Part shown: positions 1 to 12,042 of the stretch, in pieces
Layout of the letters: each line of letters opens with the position of its first letter
Position numbering within the stretch: the stretch's first letter is position 1
Assembly: GCF_006345805.1 (NCBI RefSeq)
Contig: NC_043012.1
Coordinates: 36,394,001 to 36,458,000 of the forward strand
DNA length: 64,000 nucleotides
Reading direction: 5' to 3'
Source of the DNA: Octopus sinensis
Lineage: Eukaryota
Made by a program: the position numbers and the translations under genes
The notes under the pieces: model-generated
What the model saw: only the letters and a program-made list of their open reading frames with translations
Told to the model about the DNA's origin: nothing
The model's database searches: none

Positions 1-364
1 TACATATAGTTATTCAATTCATAAAAGGTGAGTTCATGTAAGAAATTGAAAAGAAAGTCAGGGGCCCCTACCACCAGCCCCACCAGGGCCACTACTCTCT
101 CTCCCACCTCCTCTTATCAGTTTGGACTGATATTGTGAATTGGTGGTGGTGGTGGCGGTGGTGGTGATGATGATTTTGCTCATCATCATCAGTTGCTATG
201 ACTACAAGCTGTAGTAACCACAGATGTAGGTAGGAGATGATGCTGTTTCATTCCAGATTCACTAACAGATAGCCTATTTTATTATATCTCTTATTTAGTC
301 TAAGACATAGATTGGAGGGGAGGAGGAGGGAGGAGGAGGCCGAGATCAGTGGAGGACGGCAAGA

Positions 365-852
365 TATGTGTGTGTGTGCGTGGGTGCATGTATATGTGTG
401 TGTGTGTGTGTGTATGTATATATGTGTGTGTGTATTATATATATGTATGTGTATATGTATATATGTGTGTGTATGTATATATATGTGTGTGTGTATATGT
501 ATATATGTGTGTGTATTATATATGTGTATATGTATATATATATGTGTGTGCGTGTATGTATGTATGTATGTGTGTGTATATATGTGTGTGTGTATATATG
601 TATGTGTGTATATATGTGTGTATATATATGTGTGTGTATATATATGTGTGTATATATATGTGTGTGTATATATATATGTGTGTGTATATGTGTGTGTGTA
701 TATATGTGTGTGTGTGTGTATATATATGTGTGTATATATATGTATGTGTGTGTATATATATGTGTGTATGTATATGTGTGTATATATATATTGTATAAAC
801 ATATAGGTATATATATGTGTGTGTGTGTATATGTGTGTATGTATGTGTGTGA

Positions 853-903
<51 letters not shown>

Positions 904-908
904 CACAC
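365..908. repeat. Compound (TA)n/(TG)n microsatellite
   Basis: Alternating TA/TG dinucleotides; source of the VCIY/THIY ORFs. Confidence 0.97.
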
Positions 909-1532
909 TTGAAGGGAAAGGAGAAAAATATTAGTAATGTACTGTAGCCAAGAGTGTGTACGAGAGAGAGGGAGAGATTAGTATGGTACTGTAGCTGAGT
1001 GAGAGAGAGAGAGAGAGAGATAGTAATGTAGTGTAGCTGTTGTAGAGCTGGGCATCTCCAACAGATTTGTGTTTATACCTTAAAGAGGAAAAGGAGGAGA
1101 GAAGCAGACAGAGAGGGGATAACAATAAGAGAGTGGGGAAGAAGGTGAATAGAACAGCTGCCAAGCAGGGAGCATCTACCTGCTCTCTCGATTTGCTAAA
1201 AATAGCAGTCACATCTGACTTAAATCACATTCTATTGTTTTAGGAAGAGGACGAGCTGGGTTGTGGTGCATTTGTGCTGGGTTTGCTTCATATAGGACGA
1301 AAAGGGAAACAAAGGGAAACAAAGGTACTTTGATCATGTCTACTCAGTGAGAGCTGACCTGGGGTTAAACAACAATAACTCTACTTTTTTTATATCTTAT
1401 TTAGTCAGGAAGAGGAGGAGAAATAGGGCGAAGGAAGAGGAGAGAAAGACAGCCAGACAATCAGAGAGGAGAGACAGAGAGAGGGATGGGAAGAGGGAGA
1501 TGGAAGAGAGAGAGGGGCAGTCAGACAATCAG

Positions 1533-2050
1533 TAGTGTGTGTTTGTGTGTGAATGTGTGTGTGTTTATGTAGACATGTTTGTGTGTTGATGTGTGTTTTT
1601 TGATGTTTGTGTGTGTGTATGTTTGTGCATGAGAGTGTGCACGTGTGTATGTGAGAGTGTGAGTGTATGTTTGTTTGTGTGAGTGTGTTAGTGTGTGTGT
1701 GTTAGCATGTGTTTGTGCATGTGTGTTTGTGTCTGTGTGTGTGTGTGTGTGTTGCGTGTGTGTTTGTGTGTGTGTTTGTGTGTGTTTGCGCGTGTATGTA
1801 TGTGTTCGTGAGTGTGAGTATGTTTGTATGAGTGTGTTTATGTGTGAGAGTGTGTGTTTGTTTGTGTTTGTCTGTGTGTGTGTGTCTGTGTGTGTGTGTG
1901 TGTGTGTCTGTGTGTGTGTGAGAGAAAGAGAGAGAGAAAGAAAGAAATATAAGCAGAGAGAGGGAGAGGTAGTCAGACAGTCAGTTACATGTGTTTGTGT
2001 TGCACAGAAAAACAGGGGGTGAGAAAGAGAGAGAGAGAGAGAGGGGGGGG
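1533..2050. repeat. Degenerate (GT)n followed by (GA)n microsatellite
   Basis: Visible low-complexity tract. Confidence 0.92.
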
Positions 2051-2493
2051 GGTTAATAGTGAATGAAAAAGATATTTTCAAGACTGTTATATTTTGGTTT
2101 TATAGAGAGAAAGAGAAGGAGGAGAGAGAGAGAGGAGGGAGGGAGGGAGGAGGGAGAGAGACCAGAGTGAATGCAGCAGATATCAATTCACAAGTTTCAT
2201 CTGTAAATAAAGTTGACTACATTATATTGATTTCAGACTTATGTTGTAGAAGCAGAGATAGAGAGACGGGGGTTGGCGGGGGGCAGGGAAAAGTATAAAG
2301 TGGTGGTCAGTAGAGATAGGAGACGGGGTGGGGTGGGGCAGCGAGAAGACAGCTTTTTTGGCAATATGTCTTAATTTTTCTAGAAGAGCTTACAGGGTCC
2401 GTAAACGTCACAATGTTGTTTTTACATTACATAGTATAGATTATATGAAAATAAATAAATGTAGTGTGTCGAAATGTAATATGAAAGTACAAA

Positions 2494-2650
2494 GTGGTAT
2501 GGCTGTGGGGTAAGAAGTTTGCTTCTAAACCACAATGTTCCAGGTTCAGTCTCAATGTGTGGCACCTTGGGAAAGTGTCTTCTACTAAAGCCTCAGGCTG
2601 ACTAAAGCCTTGTGAGTGGATTTGGTAGATGAAAAGTGAAAGAAGCCTGT
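2494..2650 (+). mobile_element. tRNA-derived SINE family S1 (CORE-like), 5' half
   Basis: GGCTGTGGGGTAAGAAG...GGTTCAGTC...CACCTTGGGAAAGTGTCTT, shared with more than 15 copies in the window. Confidence 0.85.
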
Positions 2651-2857
2651 TGTTAGCACGCCAGACGAAATGCTTAGCGGTATTTCGTCTGTCGTTACGT
2701 TCTGAGTTCAAATTCCACCGAGGTTGACTTTGCCTTTCATCCTTTCGGGGTTGATAAATTAAGTACCAGTTTCTCACTGGGGTCGATGTAATCAACTTAA
2801 TCCCTTTGTCTGTCCTTGTTTGTCCTCTCTATATTTAGCCCCTTGTGGGCAATAAAG

Positions 2858-2860
<3 letters not shown>
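2651..2860 (+). mobile_element. SINE family S2
   Basis: GTTAGCACGCC...GAGTTCAAATTCC (B box)...GACTTTGCCTTTCATCCTTTCGGGG...; more than 20 related copies in the window. Confidence 0.85.
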
Positions 2861-2904
<44 letters not shown>

Positions 2905-2906
2905 TA

Positions 2907-3707
2907 CAGGGTGCAGACAGTATTCATTTGTTTGTCTCAAGAAAAAAGTGTTTTTATTCTTGTTTTGAGATATGTTCAAATTTGGGGGTCAGTTTCTCTT
3001 CATGACATGTTCCATCAGTCTTACTCAATGAACCCACCGTTGACTCAATGACAGCCTCCGGGTGACCTGAGAACTGACTACAGACTTTCATCCCTATCTC
3101 CAGTTTGAGGCACCTGAAGACCCTCGTAATACTAGCTCTCGGCTTGCTCTTCATGTTGCAACTGGATTTGCTCATCTTTTGTTCCACTGTGTCCCACACA
3201 AAGAAATCAAGGGGGTTGCAGTCAAGCAAGTTGGGAGGCCAAATGTCAGGTGCTGGGTGATCGAAGAATTTCTCCAACAGGCCTGGGTCTTCCAGCTGGT
3301 GTAGCAGAGTGCAGAGTCTTAGTGACACACGTACAGCCTTTTTGCAGCTACACAGTTAATCCAGGGCTTCATCACCTTGCTCAGAACAGGGACGTAGCTG
3401 TCAGTGTTCAGTCTCAGTGAAGAAGTGGGGTACCATGACATCACCTTCACTGCTGACAACAGTGAAGGTGATGATTGTCACCAGAAATTTTTGCCTGCAT
3501 AACTCAGGACCATGTCCTTAGGTGAGACAGCAAGCCACTTGTTATTATGAGAGTTGATCTTCTGGTCTCGGCAGAAATCCTCGTCAGAAAAGTGCCTCAG
3601 CATATCAGGCTTCAGTGGGTGTTTCAATTTGTTAATCAGCTTCCTGGTGGGCCCAAGTCACTTTTCCTGCATCACCTTAGACAGAAATTGTCCCCCCATT
3701 ACCATTT
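2907..3707 (-). pseudogene. Tc1/mariner DD37D (maT-like) transposase remnant with one terminus
   Basis: The minus strand gives KLINKLKHP..FSDEDFCRDQKINSHNNKWLA..VVSSEGDVMVPHFF..KPWI..DSALC..WPPNLLDCNPLDFFVW with stops and frameshifts. There are 37 residues between the 2nd and 3rd Asp after repairing one frameshift. Ends at TA-CAGGGTG (2905-2913). Confidence 0.9.
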
Positions 3708-3945
3708 AGCAACTGGTAAAATAAACCAACAGAATAAGTACCAGGTTTAAAAAAAATCTGGGGGCTGATTCATCTGACTAAAATGGTCTTCAAGTGGGTG
3801 CCCCAGCATGGCCACAGCCTAATGACTAAAACATGGTTTCAGGTTCAGTCCCACTGTGAGCCACCTTGAGCAATTGATGTTTACAATAACACTTCAGCTG
3901 ATCAATGCCTTCTGAATGAATTCTCAGACTGAAACTGTGTGGACA

Positions 3946-3946
<1 letters not shown>

Positions 3947-3991
<45 letters not shown>

Positions 3992-4006
3992 GGTGGTGAT
4001 GATGAT

Positions 4007-4050
<44 letters not shown>
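3947..4050. repeat. (GTT)n-(GGT)n-(GAT)n-(GT)n compound repeat
   Basis: Seen directly. Confidence 0.95.
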
Positions 4051-4281
4051 ACGCATCCACCACTTGACAACCAATCTTGGTTTGTTTACATCCACATAAT
4101 TTAATACCTTCACAAAACAGACCAACAGAATAAATACCAGACTGGAAAAAAAAGTACCGGGGGTTGGTTTCATCAACTAAACTCTTGAAGTTGGTGCCCC
4201 AGCATGGGCTGCTGTACAATGACTGAAACAAAAAAATACACACACACACACACAGGATTTTTTATACACGTGCATATATAT

Positions 4282-4312
<31 letters not shown>

Positions 4313-4324
4313 CCTGTGGCACCT

Positions 4325-4512
4325 GTGCCGGTGGCATGTAAAGGCACCCACTACACTCATGAGTGGTTGGCGTTAGGAAGGGCATCCAGCTGTAGAAACA
4401 CTGCCAGATCAGACTGGGCCTGGTGCAGCCTTCTGACTTCCCAGACCCCAGTTGAACCGTCCAACCCATGCTAGCATGGAGAACGGACGTTAAACGATGA
4501 TGATGATGATGA

Positions 4513-4515
<3 letters not shown>
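4325..4515 (+). mobile_element. RTE LINE 3'UTR end (5'-truncated) with (GAT)n tail
   Basis: GGTTGGCGTTAGGAAGGGCATCCAGCTGTAGAAAC...CGTTAAACGATGATG; the same tail follows the RTE ORF at 8660-9190. Confidence 0.8.
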
Positions 4516-4568
<53 letters not shown>

Positions 4569-5477
4569 GAGACCTTGTGCAGCTACTTGAAACTTCATAT
4601 CTGAATGGATCGAATTGCAAATACTGATCTACAATACAAAGCAGCACTCAAATAAATGCATCCACGCATATGTATGTATGTATACACAAACACACACACG
4701 CACACAGAGAAATGCACATATACATTCACACAGAGTTGTCTATGAAAATTAGAATATTATGTAGATATTGAATATTAGTTGCCTGTTAAGTGGAAATATG
4801 AAAATTTCCAATGTATTAGATTCAATAATCCTAACATGTCCTCTATTTTGTTGATATAAGCAAACATTTATGGCTTCAACACACACCAATCATTCAAATT
4901 CCAATATCTCAAAATATAAGAATGTAATACGAAAACATCTAAAACACATCCTTATAAAAGAGCTGCAGGTATAGAATATCAGTTTATACTTGGTTGGAAT
5001 TCTTTTGGTTTCAATACATTACAGCCTCAGCAGTTCTCTATTTCTTCAACCTTCCTTCAAACATGACAAACCCAGCTATTTGAAGTTCAGCATCAAAATC
5101 CTTGCATTACTTCAGTGTCACACACTACTGAGATCTAGTGCTAAGCCAAGAGATCTTAGAGCTCTTCAGGTTTCTGTCAGCCAATGAGCTATTTAGTGAT
5201 GTGGTATTTCTGCCCCAGAAGTATTTGGCATCATTTTTTTATGTCCATTTCCGAAACTGGCATGGCTGGATAATTTGTCAGAAGCTGGCAAGCCAGAGGG
5301 CTGCATCAGGCTCCAGTTGTCTGTTTGGAATGGTTTCTAGGGCTGGATGCCCTTCTTAATGGAGCCAATTATTCTCCTCTGCTGCTCTGATCCCTTTGGC
5401 TAATTCCCCAACCTCAAGTACTTTACAGAGTGTATTGAGTGCTTTCTATGTGACGCCCAGCACAGGGCATCTACAAG

Positions 5478-5720
5478 CAATACCAAAACAACCAATATCT
5501 GGTTACTAATCATCATATCAACCTGCTTTCTCAGCCAGGTGACACGTCTGACCAGAATCAAACCTCTTGGAGTGTCTATGTGGCATGATTAAAAAGCAGA
5601 CAGTCAAACGCATCAAAGCAATTAGCTGAAGGTGGCTATCAAGAACACCTAGGCTTCCATCACACCTGAGAAGTGTCACAGGTCGATTTCCTTTATATTT
5701 ATATGCCAGATAGAGACAGG
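5478..5720 (+). pseudogene. Tc1 (DD34E-type) transposase C-terminal remnant
   Basis: TKTTNIWL..HINLLSQPGDTSDQN..LECLCGMIKK..KVAIKNT*ASITPEKCHRSIS resembles the Tc1 pattern WPANSPDLNPIENLW..LKAAIKATWASITP..CHRLI. Confidence 0.7.
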
Positions 5721-6128
5721 TATGTCTTCACACCTGCTGAGGTACTCGGAATGCAAAGAACTGGAACAGATCCTGCAAAACAACAGAGTGGACACTGCTA
5801 AAGATATGAACTGGACTTCTGTAGTAAGGACTGATTTACAGAGAGGTAAGGGAATTGTGGAAAGAGAAAGGGGAAGCTGGAGAGAGAAGGTGAAACTAAT
5901 GGGGGAGAGAGACAGGGGCACTGGAGAGAAGGAGAAGGAGATTATGAAAGGAAGAAGAAGATGGTAGAAACAGAGGGATTAATGTAGAGAGAGAAGACCT
6001 CATAAAAAGAGGGAAGAGGAAACAGGTGGAGAGAGTGAAAGAGGAATCTGATTGATCATAGATCTGGCTAATATGGATTTTAACAACAGCCACAACCAGG
6101 GCTGAATTTAAATTTGGTAAAAACTTAA

Positions 6129-6331
6129 CCCTTTCGTTACTGTATTTATTTTGAGATGCTCTGTTAAATATAACAAAGAATTCAGTAAAATAACTTTGTT
6201 ATCATTCAGCAAGTGTTAGGAACATAAATTCTGACTAAGGTTTGGTGGAAGATTTTAATTAAAAACTTATGGAAACAAGACATTTGAACTCAGAGCCAGA
6301 GCCGGTTTCAGCCAGGTTGATAATGAAAGGG
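6129..6331. mobile_element. piggyBac-type MITE family A
   Basis: TTAA-CCCTTTCGTTAC...GATAATGAAAGGG-TTAA with TTAA TSD; inverted homolog at 47156-47369. Confidence 0.88.
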
Positions 6332-7242
6332 TTAAACTATATAAAGCTTGGTGGCCCTTTATTATGTCCTTTAATGATTTTGGGGTCATTGTGGTTAGTA
6401 TGGTCTTCAACTGCAGCTGGTTTACTTTATGTCCAAATGTAACTCTAATCTGTAAATAGTGAAATCTGTTGAATTCTAAAGGGAGATAATTTTGGTTTGA
6501 CCTCTTTTATATTGGATTACCCAGAATACATCAGATTTCATAGCCAACACAAACTGTATTTCGTGAGACAGGTGTTCTCACCTCAGCTGAACTGGTGTTA
6601 AGAATATAGGATCAATACATTATATTCTTATCAGCACTTCCTACAAATTTCCATAATATAATATTATTGATAATTTATCTCTATATCTAGAGTAACACTC
6701 TGATGATTGGATTAACACTTAGTAGGTCTCAAACTGGTTTTAAACTTAGTAATATCTGAAAATGGAACTAAGAAGTCTAATCTCAGAAACTCATGTTCAA
6801 TCAAATAAGCAGTAGATTCTTAAAAATCATGTAAACCTGTAAATCCATGATTCCTCCCCTACCCACAGAAATATATTAGCAATGTTTTTTGTCTCCTCCC
6901 GGTCTCTTTTATCATATAAAAATAGAGTTGAATTCCACAGCACTCTTCTCTCTTTACCAAGATATGGGGCAAAAATTAAGAAGAGCTTCAAATTGCTTCT
7001 TTTTATTAAATGTTGCAATTTATCCGACCCCTTTTAATCCCCAGGAGCCCCATCAGAAAAGGGCATCTTCTCACATTCCATTCTATCTATGAAAAACACT
7101 GATATAGACAATATTTCTTGTAAATCAAGTTACCTCATTTACTCATGTATACATCACACTATTTTATAGTTGAATTTAACCAAAAAATACGAGGTGCAAT
7201 TTATACCAAACACTATGAAGGGGAGAAAATTTTGTACCAAGA

Positions 7243-7715
7243 TCATCATCATCATTTAAGGTCCGCTTCCATGCTGACATGGGTTGGACGGTTTGACTGA
7301 GGACTGGTGAGCCAGAGGCTACACCAGGCTCAAACTGATCTGGCAAAGTTTCTACAGCTGGATGCCGTTCCTAATGCCAACCACTCTGAGAGTGTAGTGG
7401 GTGCTTTTACATAGCACTAGCATGAGGGCCAGTCAGGCAGTTCTGGCAACAAGCACACTCAAAAGGTGGTTTTATGTGCTACTGTCACAGGAGCCAGTCT
7501 GGCAGCACTGGCAACGATCACGATCGAATGGTGCTTTTCACGTGTCACCGGCATGGGAGCCAATCCATGGCCCTGGCAACAATCACCCTCAGATGTGCTC
7601 TTAACATTCCACTGGCACACATGCCAATCAGGTGGTACTGTCATCTGCCACATCAGCAATTTTGATTTGTTTACACTTTCCTCAATAGGTCTTTGCAAGC
7701 AAAGTTCATTGTCCA
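7243..7715 (-). mobile_element. RTE 3' end with about 4 diverged ~63-bp internal repeats
   Basis: (CAT)n tail, CTGGATGCCGTTCCTAATGCCAACC, and repeated GTGCTTTT..GCCAGTC..CTGGCAAC units. Confidence 0.75.
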
Positions 7716-8659
7716 ATGAATGAGGGGTATAACACTAAATTAGGGGTGTGGAAGACAAGAATACATAGGTATGCTCTCAAACAGTAGCAGATTAGACCAT
7801 GTACCTAGATGCAAGGTAGCTTATTTAACAGTTTTACTTCAGAACTTGAGGTTAGGGAATTAGCCAAAGGGATCAGAGCAGCAGAGGAGAATAATTGGCT
7901 CCATGAAAAAAATCTCTATTTACTTTGTTTGTTCAATCTTTTAGTCAGGAGGGAAGACAGTGTCAATAGCATATTACAGGACCTCCAAAACTGGTGAAAA
8001 GAAGGGAGGGAGGAAAATATCCTCAAACCAGGGACCTCATCTCAATGTTTGCAACAGAAAGGACTTCACTAAAGACATCCAAGGTGCCAAGTGGTGAGTT
8101 AAACCAGGGCAAAGGGATTAAATCACCTAATAAGGCCATGCTGGATTTTGACGTTACAATGCAAAGAGCTGGAACAAATACCACAAGGCATCCAATGTTC
8201 TTATAGCTCTACCAGAGCCTTACCTTGTATGGTACCTTTTCTTTTTTTGTCAACCCCTGGAAGGATGAGAGGCAAAGATGACACAGATAGGATTTGAACT
8301 CACAGTGTAGAAATCTAGAATAGACATCAGAAAGCACTCTGTCTGATGTTCTAACGAGCCTGCTAATTCACCACCATAATGAGGGAGAACTCCACCAGCA
8401 TGGTATCATCAGTAACGGTAATGAAGTCCTCTTTAAAGACTCTACACAATCTGCACACAATCCTCTGCATCTTAATCATCATCATTTGAATGTCCCACTT
8501 TTCCAAGCTTCCATGAAATAGATGGAATTAAGGCAGATTTTATGTGGCCAGATGCCCTTCCACTTGCTAACCCTCACCTATTTCCAACCAAGGTAATATC
8601 TCCCAGTTAGCTACTTTTGTGCAAATGAAAATATCAATTAAATTTAATTGGTTTAATTA

Positions 8660-9192
8660 ATGGCAGCCATGTGGGAATAGATGGTGCATGTGCAACAGAG
8701 TGTAAGCATCTTGAGAGAAAAATTGAGCATGAGAGGCATCAGACGTGGTATGCAAAAGAGAAGACTATGCTGGTATGGTCATGTGATGCATTTGGATGAG
8801 GACAGCTCTGCAAAGAAGAGCTGATCCCTAACTGTGGAGGGAAACTGTAGAAAAGTTAGACTCAGGAGGACATGGAATGAGGTGGTGAAGTAGGACCTTT
8901 GAATGTTGGGCCTCAGGGAGGTGATGACAGGTGATTGAGACCTTTGGCAATTTGCTGTGCTTGAGTGGACATGTCAAGCCAAGTGAAAGCATAGTTGTGA
9001 CCAGTGCCAGTGACACATAAAAGATACCTACTACGCTCTTGGGGTGGTTGATGTTAGGAAGGGCATCCAGCCATAGAAATCAAGCCAAATCAGACCGGAG
9101 CCTGGTACAGCTCCCTGGTTTAATAGTTGCAGTCAACCCATCTAATCCATGCCAGCATGGAAAACGGACACAAAATGATGATTATGATGATG
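8660..9192 (+). mobile_element. RTE-clade LINE 3' end: degenerate ORF C-terminus, 3'UTR and (GAT)n tail
   Basis: LREKLSMRGIRRGMQKRRLCWYGHVMHLDED..TVEGNCRKVRLRRTWNEVVK*DL*MLGL..DLWQFAV fits the RTE RRLRWFGHV..GRP..W motif. Confidence 0.88.
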
Positions 9193-9330
9193 TATCAGAT
9201 ATATAAAGGTAGAGAAATGAAAAGATGAAGAAGTGAAGAAAGAACAGATTAAAAATCTAGGGAACATTTCTCTGTTATAGGAGGACCTCAATTCCTTGTA
9301 CCAACACATATGTGTGTGTGTGTGTGTGTA

Positions 9331-9380
<50 letters not shown>

Positions 9381-9444
9381 CAGGTGATGACATTATGTGA
9401 CCAAGGACAGTAAGACTTAAACAAGTGATTAAATACCTATATCT

Positions 9445-9620
9445 TTACTACCTACAAGGGGCTAAACACAGAGGGGACAAACAAGGACAGACAAAGGGAT
9501 TAAGTCGATCACATCGACCCCAGTGCATAACTGGTACTTAATTTATCAACCCCGAAAGGATGAAAGGCAAAGTTGACCTCGGTGGAATTTGAACTCGGAA
9601 CGTAACGACAGACAAAATAC
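9445..9620 (-). mobile_element. SINE S2
   Basis: Reverse complement of the 2651-2860 body. Confidence 0.82.
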
Positions 9621-9819
9621 AAGAGATTAAATATAGAACCTGAAAAAGTGAGAGACAGAATGAGGGGAGTTCCAAAGAGTGAATTAAGAAGACAAAATAA
9701 AAATTTAACTACAAGGGGACACATCTGCCTCCACAAATACACACAACAACAATCGTGCGTGTGTGTGTGTGTATGTGTGTGTGTGTGTGTGTGTGTGTCT
9801 CATGATACGTGTATGGAGT

Positions 9820-10210
9820 TACTCTTTTACTTGTTTCAGTCATTTGACTGCAGCCATGCTGGAGCACCACCTTTAATCGAGCAACTCGACCCCAGGACTT
9901 ATTCTTTTGTAAGCCCAGTACTTATTCTATCGATCTCTTTTTGCTGAACCGCTAAGTGACGGGGACATAAACACACCAGTATCGGTTGTCAAACAATGCT
10001 AGGGGGACACACACAAACACACACACATACATATATATATATACATATATACGACAGGTTTCTTTCAGTTTCCGTCTACCAAATCCACTCACTCGGGCTT
10101 TGGTCGGCCCGAGGCTATAGTAGAAGATACTTGCCCAAGGTGCCACACATTGGGACTGAACCCGGAACCATGAGGTTGGTAAACAAGCTACTTACCACAC
10201 AGCCACTCCT
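9820..10210 (-). mobile_element. SINE S1, full length
   Basis: Head AGGAGTGGCTGTGTGGTAAG, internal (TA/TG) tract, tail GACTGAAACAAGTAAAAGAGT. Confidence 0.9.
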
Positions 10211-10404
10211 TCAACTTCACATTGTAAGAAGCTCCCTGTCCTCACTATTTTCTTATTTCACGTACACACACACATACACGAGCATGTATATATACACGTG
10301 TGTATGTATATATATATATATATACACATGTGTGTATATATATACGCACATGTGTGTATATATATACGCACATGTGTGTATATATATATATATATATATG
10401 TATA

Positions 10405-11170
10405 TCATCATCATCATCGTCATCATCGTTTAACGTCCGCTTTCCATGCTAGCATGGGTTGGACGGTTCAACTGGGGTCTGGGAAGCCAGAAGGCTGCAC
10501 CAGGCCAGTCAGATCTGGCAGTGTTTCTACAGCTCGATGCCCTTCCTAACGCCAACCACTCCGAGAGTGTAGTGGGTGATTTTATGTGCCACCGACACAG
10601 GTGCCAGACGAGGCTGGCAGACGGCCACGCTCGGATGGTGTTTTTTATGTGCCACCGACACAGGTGCCAGACGAGGGTGGCAGACGGCCACGCTCAGGTG
10701 GTGTTTTTTATGTGCCACCGACACAGGTGCCAGACGAGGCTGGCAGACGGCCACGCTCGGATGGTGTTTTTTATGTGCCACCAACACAGGTGCCAGACGG
10801 CCACGCTCGGATTATGTTTTTTATGTGCCACCGACACAGGTGCCAGACGAGGCTGGCTGACGGCCACGCTCGGATGGTGTTTTTTATGTGCCACCGACAC
10901 AGGTGCCAGACGAGGCTGGCGAACGGCCACGATCGGATGGTGTTTGTTACGTGCCCACAGCACGGAGGTCAGTCGATGCGGTACTGGCTACGGCCACGTT
11001 CGGATGGTTTTCTTATGTGCCACCGGCACTGGTACCACAAGGATACAAATTCCATTGATGTTCATCTATTTGATTTGGTTTGATTTGATTTGATTTGATT
11101 TGATTTTCACTTGCCTCAACAGGTCCTCACAAGTGTCACAAGTGTCACAAGTGTCACTTCACAAGTGTCA
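10405..11170 (-). mobile_element. RTE 3' end containing an expanded 63-bp tandem array
   Basis: (CAT)n tail at 10405, RTE UTR motif, array at 10580-11035, (GATTT)n, then ORF-end-like CACTTGCCTCAACAGGTC. Confidence 0.82.
10580..11035. repeat. 63-bp minisatellite (about 6 near-identical and 2 diverged units)
   Basis: Unit ATGTGCCACCGACACAGGTGCCAGACGAGGCTGGCAGACGGCCACGCTCGGATGGTGTTTTTT starting at 10584, 10647, 10710, 10773 (50-bp short unit), 10823 and 10886. Confidence 0.95.
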
Positions 11171-11361
11171 CATATATATATATATACACATATATTACAT
11201 GTGTGTGTGTGTGTATATATATATAATACAAATAAGAAAATGGAGAAACAAATTTGGTTTGTTCATCAACTTACGGATATTATAATGTTGGATTATTTAT
11301 TCATTTTATATATATATATACATATATATACATATATATATACACATACATTACATACATA

Positions 11362-11392
<31 letters not shown>

Positions 11393-11764
11393 GCATTTGT
11401 GTGTGTGTGTGTCTGGCTAAACAAGATTAAAACAATGGTTACACGAAAATCTAATTATTATTTTACACGTCAACTTCATTATCATTCTCCTAGAATTAGT
11501 TCTCAGGAAGGCAAAAACAGTGTTTCACTTTTCTTCTTCAAATGTCAACTGACTCCTTGCTCCACCACCACTGCCACCACACCTTCTTTACAAACAAACA
11601 ATTCTTTCAACCTCACTGAGATCAGTAGCTTTGGTCCATAATGTCGTGGGTCAACTAAATCTGCCCAGCACACCACGGGTCAACAAGACCTTTACTATTA
11701 ATAACTTGCAGTAATTACTAGAACAGACTAGTTCTAAAACTCCACTTCACAATACAAATAATAA

Positions 11765-11985
11765 TAATCCTTTCTATTATAAGCACATGGCCTGAAATTT
11801 GGGGGGAGAAGATAAGTCGATTACAATTACCCCAGTACACAACTGGTACATATTTTATTGACCTCTAAAAGGATGAATGACAAAGTTGATCCCAGTAGAA
11901 TTTTGACTTGGGATGTAAAAATCGATCAAATGCACCAAGCATTTACCTGGCATGTCCACAATTCTGCCAAGTGACTACCTTGATG
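11765..11985 (-). mobile_element. SINE S2 (diverged)
   Basis: AAAGGATGAA..AAAGTTGA..GAATTTTGACT body with a (TAA)n flank. Confidence 0.72.
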
Positions 11986-11988
11986 ATG

Positions 11989-12037
<49 letters not shown>

Positions 12038-12042
12038 CAACA

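Noticed and set aside
10446-11093. 215-aa ORF with MCHRHRCQ repeats resembling a metal-binding protein
   Set aside because: In-frame 63-bp tandem repeat inside an RTE 3'UTR, open in several frames.
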